From NCBI RefSeq assembly GCF_001194135.2, contig NC_068989.1, forward strand, positions 9,401,560 through 9,465,559: a DNA stretch of 64,000 nucleotides, written 5' to 3'. Positions 1 to 12,356 of this stretch are shown here, one piece after another. The first letter of the stretch is position 1, and every line of letters starts with the position of its first letter. Source of the stretch: Octopus bimaculoides (taxonomy: Eukaryota). Position numbers and translations under genes: made by a program. A model generated the notes under the pieces. That model worked only from the letters and a program-made list of their open reading frames with translations. It searched no databases and was not told where the DNA came from.

Positions 1-333
1 TGGTTATGGTGGTGGTGGTGGTGGTGGTAGCGGTGGTGGTGGTAGCGGTGGTGGTGGTGGTGGTGGTAAATGTTATGTGTTGCTGTTGATTTTTTCTTGG
101 TCGGTTGATGGGTTGTCGTTCATTTTTCTTGCTGCTGTCGGTGATGTGTACTTTATATACTCTTGGTGCGGTGTTGATGTTGATGGTGTTGACGTTGGTA
201 GCAGAGATGTCACTTTTAATAGTAATTGTTTCTTCCATTACTATCGCATTAGTTTTCTAACCACTAACACCACAAATACTACTACTGCTACAACCACTAT
301 CATCACCACTGCCACCACCACCATCACTACTAG

Positions 334-365
<32 letters not shown>

Positions 366-1078
366 TCGCCACCACAACCATCAACACAACCATCACAAAT
401 GCTACTGCTATTACCACCACCACCACAACCACCACCACCATTACTAGTACTACTACTACCACCATCACCACCTTGACCACTACCACAACCATTACCACCA
501 GCACTACTACTATTACAGCCATCATCACCATGACTACCACCACCACCACTACTACTACCACTATCACCACCACAACTACCACCACAACCACAATCACCAC
601 TACTACTACCACTACCACCACCATCACCACTACCACCACAACCACCACAACCATCACCACCACTACCACCACTATTACCACTACCATCACTACCACCATC
701 ATCACCATCACCCCCACCACCACTACTACTGCTGCTGCTATTACTACTGCTGCTATTACTACTACTACTACTACTACTAGTACTGCTGTCACCAACACCA
801 CTACCACCACCAGAACCACTACCACCACCATCACCACTACCACCACAACCACCACAACCATCACCACCACTACCATCACTACCGCCATCATCTACTACTA
901 CTACTAGTACTGCTGTCACCAACACCACCACCACTACCACCACCACTACTACCACTACTATTACTAATACTACCGCCACCACCACTACTATTACTAATAC
1001 TACCGCCACCACCACTACTATTACTACTACAACCATCAATAAGCTACCACCAATGGCTACCATCACCATCACCATCAT
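1..1078. repeat. Degenerate trinucleotide low-complexity tract (GGT, then ACC/ACT/ATC)
   Basis: (GGT)n at 1-70 and about 800 bp of mixed ACC/ACT triplets at 243-1078; explains the Thr-, Val- and Gly-rich ORFs. Confidence 0.95.
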
Positions 1079-1326
1079 GGATATTATGTGATTGCTATGA
1101 CTTCCACAGCCACTACCATCAGACGACACCTTTTCTACTCCCAGTATTTTCCAAATAAAATCGAACAGCATCTCTTGAACTGACTCCATTTCTCTCTGAC
1201 AGAATCGAGAGATTTGCTTAAGACCTGTTAAGACAATTCATCAAGACCAAATCCACATTATCTCATTTATTAACAAGATAGTAGATACATATAGGTACGT
1301 ATTTATGTGTGTGTGTGTATGTGTGT

Positions 1327-1385
<59 letters not shown>

Positions 1386-2209
1386 NNNNNNNNNNNNNNN
1401 NNNNNNNNNNNNNNNNNNNNNNNNNNNNNNNNNNNNNNNNNNNNNNNNNNNNNNNNNNNNNNNNNNNNNNNNNNNNNNNNNNNNNNNNNNNNNNNNNNNN
1501 NNNNNNNNNNNNNNNNNNNNNNNNNNNNNNNNNNNNNNNNNNNNNNNNNNNNNNNNNNNNNNNNNNNNNNNNNNNNNNNNNNNNNNNNNNNNNNNNNNNN
1601 NNNNNNNNNNNNNNNNNNNNNNNNNNNNNNNNNNNNNNNNNNNNNNNNNNNNNNNNCATGTATGTATGTGTATATGCATATGTGTATGTATTTATGTATG
1701 TATGTTTATATGCATGTGTGTATATGTATAATGTGTGTGTGTGTGTGTAATTTAATTGTTTAATTTATTAATGAGTTTGTGTTTTGAAATTACGTGTTAT
1801 AATTGCTAAGATTTTGATATAAACAATATTAAATATCATACGAAGCAATAAATATTATATTAATATTATTTTTAATTACAGTGTTAGCAATTAATATATC
1901 CAGAGAATCACATTATGATATATGTATCTTCTGTGACCAGAGTGAAGACAGCCTGTCTAGAATTTTAACCACTCATAATAAATCATAAGAACAAGCCTAA
2001 ATAACGGTAGAGACAATGAAGAACCTGAAAGACAACATATCTAGTGCTGGTGAAGAAGATATAGCATTATACCACCTGGCTCTTTTGACCTAAAGCACTC
2101 CCTAGTTTCATGTTATGCCCTACTATTTAAGTGACATTAATGGAATTAAGTTCCCTGCAGGAATCCAAAAGCCAGCATTTTGGATTACATTCTTTTTCTG
2201 ACATTATTA

Positions 2210-3250
2210 TTAGGTTGTTTCACATGAAGTGTTGTATTTGAAAGGTAACAATAAAATGTTTCAGAAGTGTTACAGAACTGATTTATTTAATCAAAGTATG
2301 ATCCATGCTCATTTATGACGTTTACCCAACATTTCTTTGTGTCATATATTCCATCTTTAAAAAAAAAAAAAATTCATCTTTTGCTGTGATAAACTCTCCA
2401 GATGCTTCAATTACCTCTTCTCTATTTAAGAATGTTTTTATTGCTTATGGAAAGCTCAAAATGCTTAAATAAGTGATGATCAGTAGGAGAGATATCAGGG
2501 GAATAGAGAGGATGTTGCAAAATCTCATTATTCAGGCTTTGCAACTTTTGGACCGTAGCTTGAGGAGTGTGAAGACGTCCATTGTCATGGAGCAAAATTG
2601 AGCCATCTCTATTCATTAGTCTGGATTGCTTCTTTTTCAAATTCTCATGCATACAATCAATTTCCTGGCAATACAATGTTGCTGTTACCGTTTTTCCTTG
2701 TTGCAAAAATGAATAATGAACAACTCCCTTTGCAGACCATCATACAGTGACCACTAACTTTTTGGGGTGCAATGATGGGTTTGGGTGGTGTTTAGGTGAC
2801 CCTCCTGCATCACTGTCCTGTTCTACTGCCGTTGTCAAAGCGTATCTATTTCTCATCACAAGTGATGATTTGATGCAAAAATGGTTTTTTTCCCAGTCAA
2901 GAAAGCAATATGGAGCACACTTTGAGGTGTCTGTTTTTTTAAAATCTCATTCAGTTGATGTGGAACAAACCTATCCATATTTATTGACTTTTCCAATTTT
3001 TTACAGGCCTCCAAAAACAGTTGTGTGAGATGTTTGGAGTTTTGACGAAATTTTTTTAACCTTTCTCAGATTTTGTTCAACCAAACCATTTAATCCATCA
3101 TGCCAAATAACTGATTTTGGCCTACCCCTTGGTTTATTTTCAAGGCCATCATCTGAACGAGCGCTTAGGAACCATCTCTGAACAGTTCTGATGTCAACAA
3201 AACTATTACCATTGAGCTTCTGCAGCAGAGTGACCCTGTTGTACTCAGAA
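2210..3250 (-). mobile_element. Degenerate mariner transposon (disrupted transposase)
   Basis: Minus-strand frames give TVQRWF..SDDGLENKPRGRPKS (HTH), PNPSLHPKKLVVTV*WSAKGVVHYSFLQQGKTVTA, and ILLHDNGRLH..HPLYSPDISPTDHHLF (mariner D,D34D motifs). TIR-like TTAGGTTGTTTCACA at about 2210. Confidence 0.9.
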
Positions 3251-3499
3251 AATGGCTGGCTGGCTGGACATTGGTCATGTGGAAGGAGGAGAGAGGGGTA
3301 GGGGCAGCGGGATTGAAGGATTAGAAAAATATCAGACAAAGAGAAAGGTACAGGGGAGATAAACAAGTGGGAAATAGTGGGAGCTAAAGAAAGAGAAGGC
3401 CAAGAAATGTGAGAGAGAGGGGGAGTGAGAAAAAGAAAAAAAGAAGTAAGAAGGGTACTAAAATATATAGTAAGAGTTGTACAAAATTTAGATACATAC

Positions 3500-3880
3500 C
3501 TGTTATAAGGTGAGCACAAGTGTGTACGTAAAATGGAACAAAACACAATAGAGGACAATAAAACATTCGGAAAGAAAGACGATACAAGGGCAGACAGGAG
3601 AAACAACAATTAGAAGGACAGGTAAAAAAAGACAGGTCATTTGTGGCTTTCTTTCATCAGTCAAATGCCAGAAGTCACGACCATTTCGGGCAGTTACACT
3701 TGAGACAGTTCGATCTGGTTGCCCCCCAAAAAAGTCTACGCTAAGAGCGTTAGATCCCTTTGTAAGAAAGCTAGCGAATGTATACGGCAACAAAGACAAA
3801 AAACGGAGAACATGGTACACAATTACAAATACAAGCAACAAGAAAATAACAACAGGCGTCTTTCGACTGAGAACGAATCC
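3500..3880 (-). repeat. Unclassified dispersed repeat, possibly Penelope pLTR-like
   Basis: Reverse complement of 3620-3700 resembles 13286-13400 (TAAC..CCGAAAT..CTGG..GACTGA(T/G)GAA..AATGACC(T/C)GTC). Confidence 0.4.
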
Positions 3881-3958
3881 ATATATATATATATATGTGT
3901 GTATAAGAAGGGATGACCACTAGGTGGGCATCCAATATGCTAGAAAGAGGTCATCGGT

Positions 3959-4045
3959 GACCCAACCACAAAGAAAAATCATGTTCTCCAGAAAAAAAAT
4001 TCAGCAAAATTTCTGGAGAACATGATTTTTCTTTGTGGTTGGGTC
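3959..4045. repeat. Perfect 36-bp inverted repeat with 15-nt loop
   Basis: GACCCAACCACAAAGAAAAATCATGTTCTCCAGAAA (3959-3994) is the exact reverse complement of 4010-4045. Confidence 0.97.
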
Positions 4046-4177
4046 GTAATACAATTTTTATATACAATTTTTCTGAATTATCAGATTTCTTATATGCTAG
4101 ACCACTGGTTTTAAATTGAAATTAATATTCAATTTATCACCCTCAGTATATATATTTATATATATATATATATATAC

Positions 4178-4300
4178 ACAACAGGTTTCTTTCAGTTTCT
4201 GTCTGCCAAGTTCACTCACAACGCTTTTGTTGGCCCAAGGCTATAGTAGAAGATATTTGCCCAAGGTGCCACACAGTGGAATCATGTGCTTGTGAAGCAA
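4178..4300 (-). mobile_element. SINE-A (tRNA-derived octopus-type SINE), truncated
   Basis: Reverse complement of the family motif CCTTGGGCAAGTGTCTTCTACTATAGCC..TGTGAGTG..GAAACTGAAAGAA seen in many copies here. Confidence 0.8.
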
Positions 4301-4325
4301 GATCCGCCTGTATTTTCTTTTACCC

Positions 4326-4356
4326 AAAGCCAGGAACTTTCCAGCACCAACTCGTA
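4326..4356. mobile_element. Orphan mariner-type TIR
   Basis: AAAGCCAGGAACTTTCCAGCACCAACTCGTA matches the TIR of the MITE at 16537-16753. Confidence 0.6.
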
Positions 4357-5393
4357 CATATTTTTTTCAGCTACCATATATTCCAGTGTTGTTCTTATCG
4401 ATTTTTCTGTCTCACTTCAGATTAAAGATGTCTATGTCCTTCTAACTTCTACTGCCAGTGCTCCATTTAATTCTTGTATACACAATTAACTTTGAAATGA
4501 TGTATAAATGCCATTAGCTCTGCCTTCATCTTGCTCATATTTTCAATATCCAATATCACTGCACTTTGTCAACAGTTCGGAAAAAGTTAGTGAACACTGA
4601 TGAGACTTTAATGAAAACCAAAATTAATGAATCCAGTCTTTCATCCTGGGTCTGAGAGATGTGTCGTTTAATAACAGTAACTATTTTCATTGCAACACCA
4701 AATATATCTATATTTTTGTGAAAGCTCCTTCTAGTTTATATTAAAGACCATTCAGTTTTTAAGCAATGAAGCAGATTTTGTTTATAGACCATTGAACTAT
4801 TCAAAATGTTGGTACTAGTTCTGAGTTCTGGCATTGTAAATAACTGGAAGAAAGATCTAAATGTCATATTCCTGTTTTTGAAGTCTGGTGTAATATTATT
4901 TTGGTCACACTATCTACCTTTGATCCCAGTACCTTTGTATGTATGATACTATGCCATGAATATCAAGGTATTTGTAACATTAATTATGTGAAACACAGGA
5001 GATAGGGAAGCAATTTATATAAAGGATTTTCGGAGCAGCTTTCACGCATTCAGTTATCAATTATGAACCATTTCCATTTGCCAAATTCCATTACAATGTT
5101 GGTTGAAAATATTGTTCTTAAATCCAGCTGCTTCTCAGCATTGTAAATATTTCCATTGTAGATGCAGGGAAATAATTATGGCCTACATCGAAAATTCTGG
5201 CGTATTAAGCAATGATTAAGTGTGTGACAAAAGATTTCAAATTAAATAAAATATAGTAGTGAATGTATCAGAGTGTTTGTGTGTGTGCATGCACATGCAT
5301 ATGTGCATAGCACTTCACCAAACATTTCTTATCATAAATCCAGTTTGACTGGCCAATCCTTCTGCAGGAAATTTCATAAATAATGGAAATTGT

Positions 5394-5555
5394 GCAGAAA
5401 TGGCAGTGTGGTAAGAAGTTTGCATCCCAAACATATAATTCTGGGTCCAGTTCCACTGTGTGGTACCTTGGGCAAGTGTCTTTTCCTATAGCTTTGGGCC
5501 AACCAAAGCCTTGTGAGTGTATTTGGTAGACAGAAACTGAAAGAAGTCCATTGTA
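5394..5555 (+). mobile_element. SINE-A head
   Basis: GCAGAAATGGCAGTGTGGTAAGAAG (A-box-like)..GGGTCCAGTTCCAC (B-box-like)..CCTTGGGCAAGTGTC..GAAACTGAAAGAAG followed by (TA)n. Confidence 0.85.
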
Positions 5556-5564
5556 TATATATTG

Positions 5565-5595
<31 letters not shown>

Positions 5596-5606
5596 CACAC
5601 ACACAC

Positions 5607-5925
5607 AGCTGTCTGGCTTCCGTGCCAGTGGCACGTAAATAGCACTGTTTGAGCGTGATCGTTACCAGAGTCGCCTTACTGGCACTTGTGCCAGTGGCAT
5701 GTGAAAAAACATTTGAGCAAGGTCGTTGCCTGTGCAGATGGCACATAAAAAACACCATTTTGAGCATGGCCGTTGCCAGTACCATCTGACTGGCCCTTGT
5801 GCCGGTGGCATGTAAAAGCACCCACCACACTCTTGGAGTGGTTGGCGTTAAGAAGGGCATCCAGCTGTAGAAACTCTGCCAGATCAGATTGGAGCCTGGT
5901 GCAGCCATCTGGTTCGCCAGTCCTC
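5607..5925 (+). mobile_element. Repeat-C retroposon body
   Basis: Internal GGCA(C/T)GTAAAA repeats and core GTTGGCGTTAAGAAGGGCATCCAGCTGTAGAAAC, shared with 9871-10124, 37125-37530 and 42212-42497. Confidence 0.85.
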
Positions 5926-6382
5926 AAAGCAAATGATTATTCCGGAGCATATTCACCATCTACTTTAATTACTGCTTCCTATTTGCTTGGTAGATAGTCA
6001 GACCATTATTTAAAGATGTTTTTGTTAAATATTGTTGGTGTTTTTGTTAAATAAAATTTGTTGTAAAAAGCCGCAATAATTATGCACCAACCCAATATTT
6101 TGAGATCTATTTTCCTGTTTGTATTACCAAACCTGTAATATCTTGCGTAAATGTGCATTACATATAAATCTGTGGGGACATAGGAAATGATTGTTGACTT
6201 GTCCCTTATGAAAATGTCTTTAGTCATTGTATATTCACCTCAGCAGGAATCTCTGCCAAAACTAATAAACTGTGTTTGATTTATTAAGCATGTTTACACT
6301 TAAAATCATGCAACCCTCTTTGCCTCAGCTTGTCTGGCTGACAGCAGGTTCCATTACTACATTATAGCTGAATGTTTCATAG

Positions 6383-6530
6383 GGAAGAACAGTATCCTGT
6401 CGTGAATGAAATCATCTACACCATCAATGTGGCAATAAAAGCAATATTTGCAAAGAATACCAAAATCAAAAAACAACACATCCTCACTTTGAAGAATGGA
6501 TGGAAAGATCACATGCAGACATACACCAAA
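6383..6530 (+). CDS. Candidate internal coding exon of an unidentified host gene (EEQYPVVNEIIYTINVAIKAIFAKNTKIKKQHILTLKNGWKDHMQTYTK)
   Basis: Acceptor TGTTTCATAG, 148-nt open non-repetitive frame, weak donor AAA|GTGCAT; ends in phase 0. Protein not recognised. Confidence 0.45.
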
Positions 6531-6892
6531 GTGCATAGTCACACACACATATATATATATATATACATATATATATTCACACGTGTGTGGGGGGTGCGCA
6601 CGCATGCATGAAACATATAACATATTCATACAGAGTTGAATATATATCAAAAGAGAAATGGAATATAATCAAAGCAGAACAATGATCACCGGTATGGATG
6701 AAATAACCAGATTTCAGAAATAAAAACATTTTTCTCCTCAAAATCATTAATTCTTGTGTCTATCCAAAAACAGGACAGAAAAGAGAAGGTGAATAAAAAA
6801 AAAAAATAAAAAATCATACGATATAAAAATGACAATAAAACATCAAAAACTGCTAAAGAAAGAATGGGGAGAAGAAAAAAAAAACCTCTGTG

Positions 6893-6968
<76 letters not shown>

Positions 6969-7375
6969 GTTATTGTCTATCAATGGACTTTATGAATTTT
7001 TCAGGAGATGTTATCTGTTATTGGTGAAAACTTAAAAAAAAAAAGTTTTATATATTCAGAACTTTAATAAACATATACAAACACACACACACACACATAC
7101 ACACATTGTATGCACTATGATATCTCTGTATATTTTTTTTACACACACACACATATGTATATACATACATAAATATTTATGTATATATAAATATACATAC
7201 GTACAAATATATGTATATATACACACATATGTGTGTGTATAGACACACACAGACGTACACACATATAAATACATATATTTGTACATATATGTAAATTTAT
7301 TTATGAATATACACATGTGTGTATATATATATGTATGCTTTTACAGACATATATATAAATATTTATAGACATGTG

Positions 7376-7456
<81 letters not shown>

Positions 7457-8041
7457 ATATGTATACAATCGCACTCACACACACATATAAGAATTATATC
7501 TATTTTAAATAATAGAAAATACAGTCATTTTATATGCATATATGTATCTGTGTATACGATTTTCTGTATACATTAGAAGGAATATAAATTATATTTGTCT
7601 GTTTCTGTCTAAAATAGATTTGCCACACACGCACATCAACAAACTTGAAATGAGGCAACTCACAGTCGATTCAATGTAGTACAACAAAGAATATGGCACA
7701 GATATTTAATCATTGTAAATAAAAGCTATATAGTACTCATTCCAATACTTAACGTATTCACTAGGAATGCACCAAAAAGAAGGAGCTCATTGAGTTTTGG
7801 CCGTCAATATCAACACAAGTATTTAATATAAAACAAATGATCAAAGATGTGTTACATTTGTATGTTCAACATGAATAATATAATCAGAACCATCAATAAG
7901 AAGAAGAAGAACAAAATTATTCTACCAATAACATTATGTAAAAAGTCTTAAGAATCTACATAACAGATCCTGTGTAATCTGAATTGAGCATAATCTGATG
8001 AATTAGATGTCTGAGTCAGCGCGATAAGGAATCCAGTGAAA

Positions 8042-8458
8042 ATGTATTGGAAACAAATGAAACGAAATGATAAAACTGTGAACAAAAGTACATAGGATAT
8101 AGTGGTTAGTGTTACACTGTGAGGAATGAAATAAAGAGGAGAATGTATTTGACATTTTGGACTGTGATGTTCTGTTTTGACGGGAGAGGAAGAAGGATAG
8201 AAATATCTTTGGAAGGAGAAGTGAAATGTATGTCCTTTGAGTAAAAATCTGTTACATCTGCCATGGGAAACTATTACAAACATATATTGACATGTATTGG
8301 AAACAAATGAAATGAAAGGATAAAACTGTTAGTGTTACATTGTGAGGATTAAAATAAAGAGGAGAATGTATTTGACGTTTTGGACTGTGATGTTCTGTTT
8401 TGACGGGAGAGGAAGAAGGATATCTGCCATGGGAAACTATTTGAAATGTATATTGATA
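8042..8458. repeat. Local 250-bp tandem duplication, second copy with two internal deletions
   Basis: ATGTATTGGAAACAAATGAAA starts at 8042 and 8292; GGACTGTGATGTTCTGTTTTGACGGGAGAGGAAGAAGGATA occurs in both copies. Confidence 0.9.
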
Positions 8459-8537
8459 CTTTTTTCTCTTCTTCCCAAAACATATTTTTTGGGGGGTTGG
8501 GGTTTTGTTTTTATTTTCTATTTGATAACCACTGTGT

Positions 8538-8709
8538 GTGTATGGCTGTGTGATGGTTAAAATGTTAGCTTCTGAGCCAAATGGTTTCTGGTTCAATCCC
8601 ACTCTGCAGTACCTTGGGTAAGTGTCTTCTACTAAAGCACCAAGTTGACTAAATATATATCAGTGGTTTTGGTAGAGGAAACTCAAAAGGAAGCCTATCA
8701 TATATGAAA

Positions 8710-8743
<34 letters not shown>

Positions 8744-8885
8744 CGTGTGTATGTGTGTGTAAGTGTGTGTGTGTGTATATGTCAATGTTGTGTATTTAGG
8801 CACAGGAGTGGCTGTGTGCATAGGTGCAGAAGTGGCTGTGTGGTAAGTAGCTTGCTTCACGATCACATGGTTGCGGGTTCAGGAT
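8538..8885 (+). mobile_element. SINE-A head (8538-8705) plus a stuttered partial head (8800-8885)
   Basis: GGCTGTGTGATGGTTAA..GGTTCAATCCCACT..CCTTGGGTAAGTGTC, then GAGTGGCTGTGTG occurring twice. Confidence 0.75.
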
Positions 8886-9870
8886 GTGAAGGAGGAGGTG
8901 GATGATGTGCAGGGGGGGGAGAAGGTGGNNNNNNNNNNNNNNNNNNNNNNNNNNNNNNNNNNNNNNNNNNNNNNNNNNNNNNNNNNNNNNNNNNNNNNNN
9001 NNNNNNNNNNNNNNNNNNNNNNNNTGGAGGAGGAGGAGTGGTGGTGGAGGAGGAGGAGTGGTGGTGGTGGTGGTGGTGGAGGAGGAGGAGGAGGAGACTA
9101 ATTACAACAACTGCAATTACGATGACAATGACAATGATGACAACAATGACTATGATGATAGCGATGATGATGATGATGATGTGAGCTCTCATTCATCGAA
9201 CCCATTTTTTTTTTGTTTCTTTTGTTGTTGTTTGTTTTTGCATTTCTTTTGATCTGGATGGATTTTTTTTTTCCCAATGATCTATTTCCTGCACATCATT
9301 AAATCCATCCCAGCAACCAATTTAAAAAGCTCATTCTGTAACCACTCTATGGCGTATGTATGGCCTTACATTCTCAATTGTTTACCTGGAAAGAAGAGAT
9401 GAGATGCAAAGATATAAATTATGTGACACCATTTAGAAACGACAGAAAGAATTGTTTGAAGCCTTCTGGAAATATTCTATATCATCCATCATTTTCCAAT
9501 TATAAACCAGCTAATAGAAATCTTTATTTTTCCCTAGCAATGCATTTTTAAATACCTACTGATAAATTTCAAAGAATCTCTTGACATGCTTGCCAAAATA
9601 TCGCAAGCATGTCAATCAGTTTAAACACAAGTCATAACCACTCCACTATTGCCGTTGTTTATTGATCGGGTGTTCACATGAAGATTACATCATTTCTGTT
9701 TGAAAAATGTTGAGGAGCTGCCTGAAGCTTTTATATACACTTGATATCAGATACATCATAAATGTATGAATGCATTACACCCTAAACAATGCTACTGTAA
9801 ATCTATATCAAGTACCCTTGTATTTTCCATCAAACATATGTATATGTGAGTATATATATATATATATATA

Positions 9871-10124
9871 TGGCATGTAAAAAACACCATTGTGAGTGTG
9901 GCCGTTGCCAGTACCACCTGACTGGCCCTCGTGCCGGTGGCACGTAAAAGCACCCACTACACTCTCGGAGTGGTTGGCGTTAGGAAGGGCATCCAGCTGT
10001 AGAAACTCTGCCAGATCAGATTGGAGCCTGCTACAGCCATCTGGTTCGCCAGTCCTCAGTCAAATCGTCCAACCCATGCTAGCATGGAAGACGGGCATTA
10101 AACGATGATGATGATGATGATGAT
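9871..10124 (+). mobile_element. Repeat-C retroposon 3' part with (GAT)n tail
   Basis: GTTGGCGTTAGGAAGGGCATCCAGC core, then AACCCATGCTAGCATGGAA..CATTAAACGATGATGATG tail. Confidence 0.9.
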
Positions 10125-10507
10125 NNNNNNNNNNNNNNNNNNNNNNNNNNNNNNNNNNNNNNNNNNNNNNNNNNNNNNNNNNNNNNNNNNNNNNNNNNNN
10201 NNNNNNNNNNNNNNNNNNNNNNNNNNNNNNNNNNNNNNNNNNNNNNNNNNNNNNNNNNNNNNNNNNNNNNNNNNNNNNNNNNNNNNNNNNNNNNNNNNNN
10301 NNNNNNNNNNNNNNNNNNNNNNNNNNNNNNNNNNNNNNNNNNNNNNNNNNNNNNNNNNNNNNNNNNNNNNNNNNNNNNNNNNNNNNNNNNNNNNNNNNNN
10401 NNNNNNNNNNNNNNNNNNNNNNNNNNNNNNNNNNNNNNNNNNNNNNNNNNNNNNNNNNNNNNNNNNNNNNNNNNNNNNNNNNNNNNNNNNNNNNNNNNNN
10501 NNNNNNN

Positions 10508-10549
<42 letters not shown>

Positions 10550-10551
<2 letters not shown>

Positions 10552-10655
10552 GTAAATCCTCGAGTATAGTCCGCCGTTGGGCATAATACACAAGAGATTT
10601 TTAGGGGACTGTACCTCTAAAAAAACCTAAACCTTGTGTATAATACGCACCCCTT
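10550..10655 (+). mobile_element. Tc2/Kanga-like (TcMar) terminal fragment
   Basis: TA|CCGTAAATCCTCGAGTATAGTCCGC start after a TA tract, with internal repeat GTATAATACGCAC. CCGTA-type termini are typical of Tc2-like elements. Confidence 0.5.
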
Positions 10656-12146
10656 CTCTAACTTGAATCAAGGAGGTCTATATAACATCCTTGGTTTGTA
10701 AACATATATATGGTAACGTCCTTTATTATTATTGTATATATAACACTCCCTGAAACACTCCCTAAAACTCATGACAGCAAAGCAAGCTTCAACCACTCAT
10801 CGACACTGAATGCAAGTCTGCAATGAAAACCACAAAACTATTTTGCTACAAATATTATCATAACTACTACCAGTACACTATTATAGTTTACTATATCACT
10901 CGACCACCTCCGGCATCATACTACTAAATCTCAGCATCACTATCATCTCTGACAACTAGAGAAAACCATCTAGGCATTGTGCCATCCTTTGTACAACAAC
11001 CAACCCTTTCTACTTTATAAGCCCTCAACAGACCAAGGACGGCAGCAAGCTAGTATCTCTGACATACACTATACATCATTCCTACCAGATTTCAAAGCTA
11101 ATTCTGTAGTGACAATGAGCGAAGAGATTTCCTAAAAATAAAAAAAGATTTATGAGGAAAATGTCATGTTTATTCTTTTTAAATTTGGTAAATCTTGGCA
11201 TAATTTTACTAGGAGAAAAAGAGATATGGGTGTAGCAAGCAGATGGTAGAGGGCGGAGGATGATAAACAATAATAATAATAAGAAGAAAAGTGCAATAAC
11301 TATTAATACTAATATTAATAAGATAGATGCCTATTAAAAATATACAGAGTTTGGGGTGTGTGCATTTATGTATGTGATAGTGTGTGAGTGTGTGTATGTG
11401 CATGTGTGTATGTGTATGTGTATGTGCATGTGTGTGTGCATGTATGTGTGTGTGAGAGAGAGAGAAAGAGAGAGGAAAGGAGAGAATATGTGTAAGAAAG
11501 AGGGTAATGTTGAAATTTCCAAGATCAGAAAATTGATCCAAATCTTCTCTCACTGCCATTTGTTGCAGCAGTTACTTATTGTTTGATATAACCTAATTTT
11601 ATTGATCTTTCTCCATATCTGACCTTTAATGGATCAATGCCAAATGCCAAAACCCATTCTGGTAAAGAGATGAAAAAAAAAAAAAATCGACGAAATATAA
11701 ATTAAAAAATATCTGAGATATGAAGTTGGGTGTCAATAGCCATCATTCAAAGAAAAAATTCAGATTTTCATTTAAAAAATTTTTTTTTATTTATTTTTTT
11801 AAAGTTTGCATTTCTGTCTTTTGGGATTTTTTTTTTTTCCAAGTCAAAATTTGCATTGTATGGTCCTGAAGATTGTTACCAAAAAAAACAAAAAAACAAA
11901 ATGGAGATATTTTTTATCTTAGCTTTTTTGTTTTCTAGCCTTCTTTAGAGCAATCTTTCATGAAATGTTTCAGTGTTAAAGATTAGATAAGGATTAAATA
12001 TTTTTATATCTAGTTTCCATGCCAGCTGGTTTCAATATCCATTTTTTCCATTTTCAAACATAAAAACATAAAACAACCTGTCTTTATTTTGTGAAATACT
12101 AGCTGTATATAAAAAAAGAATTGTTGAAGTTAATATGTATTTATAA

Positions 12147-12310
12147 TGGTTGTGTGGTTTAAAAGATAGTTTTTAAATCATGTGCTATCAGGTTCAATCC
12201 CACTGTGTTGCACTTTGGAAAAATGTTTTCTTCTATAACCCCAGGTCAACCAAGGACCTGTGAATGGATGGATTTGGAAGATTAAAAACTGAAAGAAACT
12301 CATCATATAT
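12147..12310 (+). mobile_element. SINE-A head, diverged
   Basis: GGTTGTGTGGTTTAA..GGTTCAATCCCACTGTG..AAAAACTGAAAGAAAC then (TA)n. Confidence 0.7.
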
Positions 12311-12356
12311 GTGTATATATTATACATTTATATGTATATATATATATATATCATCA

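Noticed and set aside
77-1189. Long Thr-, Val- and Gly/Ser-rich ORFs (mucin-like)
   Set aside because: All are readings of one degenerate trinucleotide tract that is open on both strands, with no unique coding flanks or splice support.
4597-4617. CTGATGA..GAAA hammerhead-like words
   Set aside because: No stem II pairing between the words, and no stem III or stem I.
7995-8030. CTGATGA followed by a TTAGA/TCTGA hairpin
   Set aside because: GAAA is missing and no stem I forms; at best an unrecoverable relic.
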